Shown here in pieces: positions 56,696-64,000 of a DNA stretch of 64,000 nucleotides. The notes under the pieces are model-generated. The model did not search any database, was not told where the DNA came from, and was given only the letters and a program-made list of their open reading frames with translations. Position 1 is the stretch's first letter. Every line of letters begins with the position of its first letter. Origin of the DNA: an uncultured Eubacteriales bacterium (GTDB lineage: Bacteria > Bacillota > Clostridia > Oscillospirales > CAG-272); assembly GCA_934394585.1 (NCBI GenBank), contig CAKRQU010000002.1, positions 51,874-115,873 of the forward strand. The letters run 5' to 3'. The translations under genes were made by a program, and so were the position numbers.

Positions 56696-57272
56696 TTTTC
56701 GCATCCTTGTCAATAAGATATTTCAGTCCGATAACGGCGAGCGGAACTATCACAGCCTGAAGAGCAAGTCCCACCAGACCTGTCTTTATCTGCGAGAAAA
56801 TCATCGCGGGCGTAAAGGGAGTTACATTTGCGAAAATTACGACGAGGAGCATGAAAAATGCTCTTCCGCTCACCTCGGCGAGAATAACCGCAGGGAAAGC
56901 CATCATCGGATTTTTCTCTATTTTATTTGCAAAAAGTCCCGAAACCGCCGCGAAAAGCGCAAGCTCCGCCATCATAAAAGGCAGACGCGCGAGTGCGGGC
57001 ATGGGAGAAGAAACAGCGGATGTGATGATATAGCTGACAAGAGGCGATGCCACGCCTATGCCTATTCCCCAGCTCGTGCCGAGAATACAACCGCCGAGAA
57101 GAACCGGCAGATACATTGGCAAAAGCATAATTCCCGCGCCCGCGCCGAAAGCCAGATGAGCTATCTGCGGCAGAATAACGGCGAGAGCCACTATTCCCAT
57201 GGATATAAGGGTTTTTACTGTAATTCTGGTGCGAAAAGCAACCTGTTTTCTTTCAAGTACATTCTCAATCAT
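56688..57272 (-). CDS. ECF-type S-component-like membrane protein (vitamin/precursor uptake, NiaX-like)
   Basis: 194 aa with 5-6 TM helices. LPQIAH...LLPMYLPVLLGG...ASPLVSYI pattern. AGGAG RBS. Confidence 0.55.
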   Translation of the reverse strand: MIENVLERKQVAFRTRITVKTLISMGIVALAVILPQIAHLAFGAGAGIMLLPMYLPVLLGGCILGTSWGIGIGVASPLVSYIITSAVSSPMPALARLPFMMAELALFAAVSGLFANKIEKNPMMAFPAVILAEVSGRAFFMLLVVIFANVTPFTPAMIFSQIKTGLVGLALQAVIVPLAVIGLKYLIDKDAKND

Positions 57273-57417
57273 TTTGTTTTCTCTCCTTTATTGAAATATT
57301 CGGAAATCGTTTTCATTTTATTCTGCTGTTTTACGTCAAAAGGACAATGTTTGCCGCCCATGCCGAGCCCCGGCGGATTTATCATTTCCGTGCCCTTGGG
57401 GAGCTTTCTCGATGTCA

Positions 57418-58536
57418 TCATTTCCCTTCAAACTCCTTTGCCACTTCTTTCAGCAAATTGCGTATAGGCAGCTTCTGCGGGCAGGATTTTTCGCATTTTC
57501 CGCAGGCTATGCATTCGGAAGCTTTGCCGCCGTTTTTCGTACATACTTCGCCGTAATAATAATCCGAATTCCAGTCGTGATAAACACGTTTTGCATTCAT
57601 GCAGGAGAAAAGATCCGGTATCGGTATATGTTTCGGGCAACCGTCCGTGCAGTAGCGGCACGCCGTGCAGGGGATAAGATGCTTTGAGCGGAATATTTTG
57701 CAGACCTGCGAAACCGCTTCTCTTTCCTTTTCGTCAAGCGGCTTGAAATCTTTCATATAAGAAAGATTGTCCTTTATCTGCTCCATATTGCTCATGCCGG
57801 ACAAAACCATGAAAATACCATCAAATCCGGCGGCAAAACGCACGGCATAGCTTGCATAGCTTCCGCCGTTAAGCCCGTCGAAAACTTTCTTTGCGTCATC
57901 CGGCAGTTTTACGAGATTTCCGCCCTTTACCGGTTCCATCACTATTATCGGTTTGCCGTGCTTGCGGCAAACTTCATAACATTTTTCGGACTGCACCGCG
58001 GGATCGTCAAAATCCACATAATTCAGCTGTATCTGTACCGCTTCCACCTGCGGATATTGCGTGAGTATCATATCGAGCACATCGGCGCTGTCATGAAAAG
58101 AAATTCCCACGTGGCGTACTTTACCTTCGGCTTTCAGTTCAAAAGCCTTTTCATAAGCATGGCATTTTTTGAATTTCTCAAAAATACGCCTGTTCTGCGC
58201 ATGCATCAGATAAAAATCAAAATATTCCACACCGCAGGCTTCCAGCTGCTTTTCAAAAAACGGACGTATATCATCCTCGCTCTCAAAATACGGTGCCGTC
58301 AGTTTATCCGTGAGGATATATTTATCCCTCGGATAACGCGAAGTAAGCGCCGCTTTTATCGCCGTTTCGCTTTTGCCACCGAGATATCCGTGCGCCGTAT
58401 CAAAATAATTGAAACCCTCGGATAAAAACAAATCCACCATTTCTGAAAATTCCGCTATATTCACGTCATCGCCATTCATCGGCAGACGCATACAACCGAA
58501 ACCGAAATTCTTTTTCACATTCTCAAAATAATTCAT
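57418..58536 (-). CDS. aldo/keto reductase with C-terminal 4Fe-4S ferredoxin-type domain
   Basis: AKR fold (FDTAHGY, HD..). C-terminal Cys clusters CTACRYCTDGCP and CIACGKCEKSCP. Confidence 0.8.
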   Translation of the reverse strand: MNYFENVKKNFGFGCMRLPMNGDDVNIAEFSEMVDLFLSEGFNYFDTAHGYLGGKSETAIKAALTSRYPRDKYILTDKLTAPYFESEDDIRPFFEKQLEACGVEYFDFYLMHAQNRRIFEKFKKCHAYEKAFELKAEGKVRHVGISFHDSADVLDMILTQYPQVEAVQIQLNYVDFDDPAVQSEKCYEVCRKHGKPIIVMEPVKGGNLVKLPDDAKKVFDGLNGGSYASYAVRFAAGFDGIFMVLSGMSNMEQIKDNLSYMKDFKPLDEKEREAVSQVCKIFRSKHLIPCTACRYCTDGCPKHIPIPDLFSCMNAKRVYHDWNSDYYYGEVCTKNGGKASECIACGKCEKSCPQKLPIRNLLKEVAKEFEGK

Positions 58537-58562
58537 TTTCCGTCCTTTCCGCTTTTTTGCTT

Positions 58563-58955
58563 TTATTTTTTACATTCGTCCGCATTCCATGTCAGATTGC
58601 CCGTTTCCATGGCAATCTCATATCTTGCTATTTTGTAATTCAGCCTTTCGAGCATCACATCTATTTTGTTTTTCTGCTCGATCAGCTTTTCCCGCTGCTC
58701 CTGCAAAAGCGCAAGCCGCGCGGCAAAAGTGGCATCCCCCATGCGATAAAGCTTCACATATTCTATTATCGCCTCTATGGGAAGCCCCGCATTTCTCATG
58801 CAAAGTACAAGTTCGATCCAACTCATATCTTCCGGCGTATAGTCGCGTATTCCGCTCACTGTGCGTGAAACTGGAGGAATCATGCCTATACGCTCATAAT
58901 ATCTGAGAGTATCGCCGGAAATGCCGTATTTTTCACTCACTTCTTTTACAGTCAT
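58563..58955 (-). CDS. MerR-family transcriptional regulator
   Basis: MTVKEVSEKYGISGDTLRYYERIGMI wHTH plus a coiled-coil dimerisation helix. Confidence 0.85.
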   Translation of the reverse strand: MTVKEVSEKYGISGDTLRYYERIGMIPPVSRTVSGIRDYTPEDMSWIELVLCMRNAGLPIEAIIEYVKLYRMGDATFAARLALLQEQREKLIEQKNKIDVMLERLNYKIARYEIAMETGNLTWNADECKK

Positions 58956-58968
58956 ATATGCACCTGCC

Positions 58969-58999
58969 TTTCAATAGCATTATAAACCTTTGAGTATAC
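58969..58999 (-). promoter_or_regulatory. MerR-type promoter/operator with 19-bp spacer containing a dyad
   Basis: Minus strand: TTGACT-TTGAGTATACTCAAAGGTT-TATAAT. The spacer holds the palindrome CTTTGAGTATACTCAAAG. Confidence 0.65.
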
Positions 59000-59043
59000 T
59001 CAAAGTCAATAGGTAAAATAAAATTTTTTTATTTTTTGCGAGA

Positions 59044-59077
59044 AAATAAAAAAAATCCCCCTCCGCATGGGAGGGGG
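59044..59077 (-). terminator. intrinsic terminator after the large pilin-like gene
   Basis: CCCCCTCCC-ATGC-GGAGGGGG hairpin followed by a T-run (minus-strand sense). Confidence 0.7.
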
Positions 59078-59100
59078 TGTATGTGGGTTTAGCTTGAAAA

Positions 59101-60993
59101 TCAGGCTTTATATTTAGCGTCTACATTACCGTTAAATGTACCGCCGGTAATAAATCCTGTGCAGTTCTCGCTGTAAACAGCGTTGGAGCCGCCGTTGATA
59201 GTTGTAAATGTACCGCCGGAAACAGCCAGTTTCACTTTTGCAATAGAGTCTTCATCGTTATTCTGGGGATTGCTCTGGTGAAGTGCGGTGTAGCCCTTGA
59301 TTGTGCCGCCTGTAACAGTAAGCTCTGTGGGTAGCTTCGTAGTGTGCTGTGCCACTGCAATGCCGGCGCCTATTGTAGTTGCGCCATTGCCATTGGATTC
59401 GACTTCTGTCGGAACACCGTTACCTGTAATTGTGCCGCCGGTAACATTGAGCTTGCCTGCGCGAAGCTCGATACCTGTGTGACCGCCTGTGATCGTGCCG
59501 CTAGTGGTATACTCGGCATAGCCTGCGCCGTATATACCGTGACCTGTGCCGGTAAGAACAGCGGATTCATAAATATTGACTTTAATTGCGGGATTTACAC
59601 TAATATTCGCTCCGTTCACATAAAGACCAGCTCCGACACTACCGCTGGCATCATTTACGCCAGTCAACGTGCCGTAAACATTTATTACAAGAGCATAATC
59701 GTTGCCACTGTATTGACTTTTGGGGTTAACCAATATGCCTGACCACCCCTTGAGTGTCACATCCTTGTCAATGGTCACAACAGCAGGATTTGAAGCCTTA
59801 TGATCTACCACAATCGGAGAATAATTGGAAACCGCTTCCTGCATCGTGCCCTTGCCTGTAACTGTCAGTTCGCCCATATACAATCTAATGAATTTATTTT
59901 CATTGAATGTAATAGTGTGACCGTTCAAATCCAAGGTGAGTTTCAAGCTTGAATTGTTCATCTTCGCACCGTCAGATGTGAAATCTCTCAATACAGTAAT
60001 GGTATCACCGCTTTTCGCACCATATACAGCAGAGGACAGTGAGAAATAATTCTTGCCGTTTACGCTTGCAACAGGAGCATCAAAAGTTATATCAAAAGTT
60101 GAAAAACTTGCTGTATTGAAAGTTACCTTACCGCTGCTCTGGTAGGAACTGCTGATCAGCGAGCCCTCGTGGTAAACCTTCACATTTGACAGGTCTTCGC
60201 CAACACCAATTTCGACCGTAAAAGTTGTGCCCGCATTAGCAGTAACAACGTTTCCGTCCTTATCGAGCAGCTTGATATCATAAGAATAGTACACTTCATT
60301 GTTGCCGACTTTTACCACACTGCTTGATTTTGGAGTAAGTTTGAATGTATATTCACCATCAGCCAGAGATCCTGCGGGAGCAGTCAAAGCAGCTTCCGCG
60401 CGATTTACCGTGAATGTCGTTGCTTTCGTAGAATCAACAGTCTTGGTCACATTTACATTAAACCCTGTTCCTGCGCCGCCTGTAAAGCCTGCTGCTATAT
60501 CATAATCTGCAAAAACAGCCATTTCTTCCCGCTTGAAACCGAGCGTAGCTACAGTGCCGCTTTCTCCGTTGAGCGTGTCGCTCTTACGCCAGTCAGCCAT
60601 TTCTCCTGTAAAGTTTGTAAGCGCACTGGCTTTAACGAGATTTTCGCATATATTTCTTGCTTTATCTGCAAAAGTAGCGCCATCTCCGAGCTGTACAGGG
60701 TTGTTTATATAAGCAACTACTTTGCTCTCGCTCGCATCATATCCGTGTATATATGCTTCGTCGCCTTTTTTCGTCACGATTACGAGGTCTGCCGCGTCGT
60801 CGCCGCCGCTGAGTATGTTGGCGAGCATTTCCGTCACGAGGTTTTTCGCATCGGAAAGAGCCGCAGCTTCGTTTGCTTTTTTCACGAGGTTTGCATAAGT
60901 CGGGATCAGCACAGCAGCAAGTATGGCGATGACTGCGATGACGATGACTAATTCAACAATCGTGAAACCGCGCTTTTGATTGTTTCTTTTCAT
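59101..60993 (-). CDS. prepilin-type N-terminal domain fused to a large beta-helix-like adhesin domain
   Basis: MKRNNQKRG/FTIVELVIVIAVIAILAAVLIP class III signal. About 580 further residues rich in G/T/N with reiterated TGG.I.G / VTGGTI segments, suggesting a parallel beta-helix. Confidence 0.75.
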   Translation of the reverse strand: MKRNNQKRGFTIVELVIVIAVIAILAAVLIPTYANLVKKANEAAALSDAKNLVTEMLANILSGGDDAADLVIVTKKGDEAYIHGYDASESKVVAYINNPVQLGDGATFADKARNICENLVKASALTNFTGEMADWRKSDTLNGESGTVATLGFKREEMAVFADYDIAAGFTGGAGTGFNVNVTKTVDSTKATTFTVNRAEAALTAPAGSLADGEYTFKLTPKSSSVVKVGNNEVYYSYDIKLLDKDGNVVTANAGTTFTVEIGVGEDLSNVKVYHEGSLISSSYQSSGKVTFNTASFSTFDITFDAPVASVNGKNYFSLSSAVYGAKSGDTITVLRDFTSDGAKMNNSSLKLTLDLNGHTITFNENKFIRLYMGELTVTGKGTMQEAVSNYSPIVVDHKASNPAVVTIDKDVTLKGWSGILVNPKSQYSGNDYALVINVYGTLTGVNDASGSVGAGLYVNGANISVNPAIKVNIYESAVLTGTGHGIYGAGYAEYTTSGTITGGHTGIELRAGKLNVTGGTITGNGVPTEVESNGNGATTIGAGIAVAQHTTKLPTELTVTGGTIKGYTALHQSNPQNNDEDSIAKVKLAVSGGTFTTINGGSNAVYSENCTGFITGGTFNGNVDAKYKA

Positions 60994-61266
60994 AAATCTT
61001 TTTCTCCTTTAATAATAAAAATTTTATTTACATTTCCCCATTGCCGGGGTAAATACCATAGTTATTTCGCGGCGACCGTGCCGCAGGGCAAACCCTCCAC
61101 CGCTTCGCGGTCTGTGCCGCGCAAGGCAAACACCGTAAAATGACAATCCCTCAGTCGCCTGCGGCGACAGCTCCCTTTGCACAAAGGAGCCGAGCAACGT
61201 GCTTCGCACATTGCTTAATTTCCTTACGCAATGGTGCCAAAATTGGGCGAAAATCCGCAAAAAATT

Positions 61267-61312
61267 AAGCAGGCAGAGCTGCACGAAAAAATTCGTGCAG
61301 CTCTGCCTGCTT
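61267..61312 (-). terminator. perfect 21-bp hairpin with T-run (minus-strand sense), second copy
   Basis: AAGCAGGCAGAGCTGCACGAA-AAAA-TTCGTGCAGCTCTGCCTGCTT. On the minus strand it is followed by AATTTTTT. Confidence 0.6.
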
Positions 61313-61374
61313 ATCAGTTAAATATATTTAATTTTTGTGCGACAAAAGAATCGCTTACAAAGCGATATAAATAG

Positions 61375-61453
<79 letters not shown>

Positions 61454-61458
61454 AAGCG

Positions 61459-61488
61459 ATTGTACATGACCCATTCCCCCTTTGTCAA
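61459..61488 (-). promoter_or_regulatory. consensus-like sigma-A promoter (proximal) firing into the GACA tract
   Basis: Minus strand: TTGACA (61488-61483), 18 nt, TACAAT (61464-61459). The repeat starts 5 nt later. Confidence 0.6.
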
Positions 61489-61531
61489 GCGTTTTTTGCA
61501 AAAATTGTCATTATGTCTTCCGACAACACAC

Positions 61532-61560
61532 ATTATACTATTACATTGCAAAAATGTCAA
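61532..61560 (-). promoter_or_regulatory. consensus sigma-A promoter (distal)
   Basis: Minus strand: TTGACA (61560-61555), 17 nt, TATAAT (61537-61532). Confidence 0.55.
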
Positions 61561-61730
61561 TGCTTTTTTTAACTTTTTGTCATTTTTATTCTTTATCTTG
61601 TTTTTCGGCTGCCAAATCGGCATTTTTGCCGCTCGAACCGACTGCCTTCGATTTTGTTTGTTTCGGCATTCGTTTCCTCCTTTCGCCTTTACAAGTGAAG
61701 CCTCCGCAGGCTCCACAAATGTCGATTTAA

Positions 61731-63533
61731 TTATGCTCTTTTTCTCTTACGGATGATGAATACAACTACAGTCGCGCCCACTCCGAGAGCAACGACACCG
61801 ATGATGATCCAGACCCATACATTGGTTGAGCCGGTCGGGGGAGAAACGATCCCCGCTTCCACCTTGAATTTGGTGGTGGCATCACCGCTTGCCGTACGAA
61901 TGGTAAGGGTGTGTTCGCCTTCTGCCAGCGTTGCGAGGTAGCTTGCTTTCAGCTGAATGATGATGCTGCCTTCGCGCTTTTCATAATTCTCGGCAGTAAT
62001 GGTCTTGCCGTCTACCAGCACTTCGACAAAGTCGGAGAATGCCGCGTCTGACTTGAAGGTCAGTCCGTTTTCATCGCCCTTGCTCCACTTGGCATTTCTG
62101 CCGTCTGTGATGCTCGGTGCGAGCTTGTCGATGGAAACGGTCGTCTTTTTGTAACCGCAGACCTTGCATTCCTCATGCTTTGCTCCGGCTTCGGTGACAG
62201 TGGCTTCCTTGTCGATCTTCCATTCAAAAGCGTGATCTGCTTCGTCGCCTTTCGTTTTGCAGACCGTGCATTCGTGCCAGTGCTTACTGCCGTTGCTTAC
62301 CCATACGGTTCCCCAGCTGTGTGCCAGTGCCTCACCGGACTCAAAGGTTTCCGTTCCCTTTTCACCGCAAGAGCAGGAGTAGTAGTATACTGCCTTTGCC
62401 GTACAGGTTGCCGCACTCTTGAGGTATTTCACGTCGGTATTCTTTTCGGTGTAGCTGTGAATATGACCGGTTGCCTCTTTGATTACATATCCGCAAACCG
62501 TACAGGTCTGAGGTGTTGTCTCTGTTGCTGCCGCACCGGGTGTATGAGCCGCTTCGTCCTTCTTATTTCCGCAGGCGGAACACTCGTGCCAGTGCTTTGA
62601 GCTGTTCTTCGACCACGTGGTCCTGTAAGTATGAGCCTCGAGATCGCCGGACTCAAAAGTTTTCGTTCCCTTTTCACCGCAAGAGCAGGAGTAGTAGTAT
62701 ACTGCCTTTTCCGTGCAGGTAGCAGCTGACTTGAGATATTTTTCGTTCGTATTCTTCTGATTGAAGTTGTGCGTATGACCAAGAGCGGCTTTTATGACAT
62801 ATCCGCAGATGGTGCAAGTCTGAGGTGTTGTCTCGGTTGCTGCCGCACCGGGCGTATGTGCCGCTTCGTCTTTCTTGTTTCCGCAGACGGAACATTCGTG
62901 CCAGTGCTTGCTCTTATCTTTCGACCACTCGGTCTTGTAGTTATGTGCCGCAAGCTCGCCGTATTTCTGACCGCAGATGGTACAGGTTGCTTTGTCCTTG
63001 CAGGTTGCCGTGCCGCCCGTGTGGTCGGACGTCTTCTTGCCGCAGACATCGCAGTTGTGATCCTTGTTTGCGTCTGCGTGCGCCGCTACGTCCTTTTTAT
63101 CTCCGCAGACGGAGCACTCATGCCAATGGTTTGCACTGTCTGTCGACCACTCGGTCTTGTATACGTGACCTGCGAGGTCGCCGTATTTCTGACCGCATAT
63201 TGAGCAGGTTGCTTTTTCCTTGCAGGTTGCCGTGCCGCCCGTGTGGTCGGACGTCTTCTTGCCGCAGACATCGCAGTTGTGATCCTTGTTTGCGTCTGCG
63301 TGCGCCGCTACGTCCTTTTTATCTCCGCAGACGGAGCACTCATGCCAATGGTTTGCACTGTCTGTCGACCACTCGGTCTTGTATACGTGACCTGCGAGGT
63401 CGCCGTATTTCTGACCGCATATTGAGCAGGTTGCTTTTTCCTTGCAGGTTGCCGTACCGCCCGTGTGGTCGGACGTCTTCTTTCCGCAGACATCGCAGAA
63501 GTGATCGTTGTCATTGTCTTTGTGCGCTGCCAA
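61731..63533 (-). CDS. Cys/His-rich repeat surface protein with C-terminal SPxTG-type sorting signal; N-terminus unresolved
   Basis: Reiterated modules H.C.VCGKK...C.EKATC.ICG...W(S/T)....HWHECS.CG. C-terminus VSPPTGSTN, then a hydrophobic helix, then RKRKRA. The only in-frame start is TTG 63533, while the frame stays open to 63650. Confidence 0.6.
   Translation of the reverse strand: MAAHKDNDNDHFCDVCGKKTSDHTGGTATCKEKATCSICGQKYGDLAGHVYKTEWSTDSANHWHECSVCGDKKDVAAHADANKDHNCDVCGKKTSDHTGGTATCKEKATCSICGQKYGDLAGHVYKTEWSTDSANHWHECSVCGDKKDVAAHADANKDHNCDVCGKKTSDHTGGTATCKDKATCTICGQKYGELAAHNYKTEWSKDKSKHWHECSVCGNKKDEAAHTPGAAATETTPQTCTICGYVIKAALGHTHNFNQKNTNEKYLKSAATCTEKAVYYYSCSCGEKGTKTFESGDLEAHTYRTTWSKNSSKHWHECSACGNKKDEAAHTPGAAATETTPQTCTVCGYVIKEATGHIHSYTEKNTDVKYLKSAATCTAKAVYYYSCSCGEKGTETFESGEALAHSWGTVWVSNGSKHWHECTVCKTKGDEADHAFEWKIDKEATVTEAGAKHEECKVCGYKKTTVSIDKLAPSITDGRNAKWSKGDENGLTFKSDAAFSDFVEVLVDGKTITAENYEKREGSIIIQLKASYLATLAEGEHTLTIRTASGDATTKFKVEAGIVSPPTGSTNVWVWIIIGVVALGVGATVVVFIIRKRKRA
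63063..63506. repeat. two near-identical 222-bp (74-aa) in-frame tandem units; diverged units flank them
   Basis: The 222-nt period is shown by duplicated antisense ORF ends at 63203 and 63425 and by the duplicated protein block DH.CDVCGKKTSDHTGGTATCKEKATCSICGQKYGDLAGHVYKTEWSTDSANHWHECSVCGDKKDVAAHADANK. Confidence 0.85.
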
Positions 63534-63700
63534 GTCCTTCTTATCTCCGCAGGTGCACTCGTGCCAATGGTTTGTCTCGTCGGTTGACCAAGTGGTATTG
63601 TAAGCATGCGTGTGAGGCTTATCCTCCCAGATTGCGTATAATGTTAGCCCTCACCACGGGTGCTTTTCATAATCCTTTTCATTTTCATCCGATCACCGCC

Positions 63701-64000
63701 TTACATAATTCCGCTAAGGGAGTTCATCAGCACCTGCCCGATGACTGCAATGTAGATGAGCAAAAAGCACATCATCAGCGCCATCGACAGCTTCTTGACC
63801 TTGCGCGGCACAGTGTTTGCCTGTGCTTTGAGGTTCAGCCGCTGAAGCTCCTTGAACTTCATGGAAAGCGATGTCCAGAGTGCCGTTGTATCCGCAGAAT
63901 TCTCCACGGTTTCCAATGCCCTTACGACCTCGCTCAGCCACGCCGAGCCGATTCGTTTGTCAAGGGAATCCAAGGCGTTGCGGATATTACCGCTGCTTCG
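63701..64000 (-). CDS. C-terminal part of a type II secretion system F-domain (TadB/TadC-like) protein, partial
   Basis: Frame open to the window edge. C-terminal pattern (charged helix ...KAQANTVPRKVKK, then the final TM helix LSMALMMCFLLIYIAVIGQVLM) resembles T2SSF/Tad platform proteins. Confidence 0.45.
   Translation of the reverse strand, partial: RSSGNIRNALDSLDKRIGSAWLSEVVRALETVENSADTTALWTSLSMKFKELQRLNLKAQANTVPRKVKKLSMALMMCFLLIYIAVIGQVLMNSLSGIM

Noticed and set aside
61080-61150. Resemblance to the c-di-GMP-I (GEMM) riboswitch core (CAGGGCAAACC ... hairpin ... CGCAAGGC)
   Set aside because: The resemblance is on the plus strand, opposite to the pilin gene. The conserved 3' half (GGUAGCGGGGUUACC-like) is missing. 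It is probably coincidental, but worth a formal cmsearch.

Overview
This 64-kb window looks like a sporulating Clostridia-class Firmicute. That is inferred from gene content: CotF-type coat genes, MecA, PPi-dependent PFK, ECF transporters and prepilin-type pilins. No database search or alignment was run; all calls rest on motifs read by eye. Left third (1-27 kb) is mostly housekeeping: a znuABC-like zinc ABC transporter, HD/SDR/HAD enzymes, an Sfp-type PPTase facing an orphan ACP, tagO/wecA-like, trpS, an aminotransferase, mecA, family-4 UDG, pfp and an XRE-S24 repressor coupled to an ATPase. It also holds a 5-gene ECF transporter operon whose first two genes look like a split transcobalamin-like binder, then LysR, smpB and ssrA (tmRNA). 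From the tmRNA onward the window is accessory and surface-related. It contains two prepilin-type genes (134 aa and 630 aa). It also contains an orphan HPrK-like/PqqD/S24-nucleotidyltransferase cassette and a 939-bp non-coding insert with terminal inverted repeats. A 21-kb minus-strand glycan operon follows (fnlA/B/C-like UDP-L-FucNAc genes, PglC/D/E-like genes, five GTs, Wzx, Wzy, LicD). It is interrupted by a Thr-rich membrane-anchored CX5R phosphatase and a 1688-aa phosphodiester-glycosidase surface protein. The window ends with a Cys/His-repeat protein carrying an SPxTG sorting signal and the 3' end of a Tad-type T2SS-F gene. The most unusual signal is a duplicated non-coding cassette upstream of both pilin genes. 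Each copy has two tandem consensus promoters, an uninterrupted (GACA)n tract (about 15 and about 20 units) and a 21-bp terminator hairpin that covaries between copies. Each is followed by a GC-rich structured leader. Many long antisense ORFs in the track are artefacts and were rejected.
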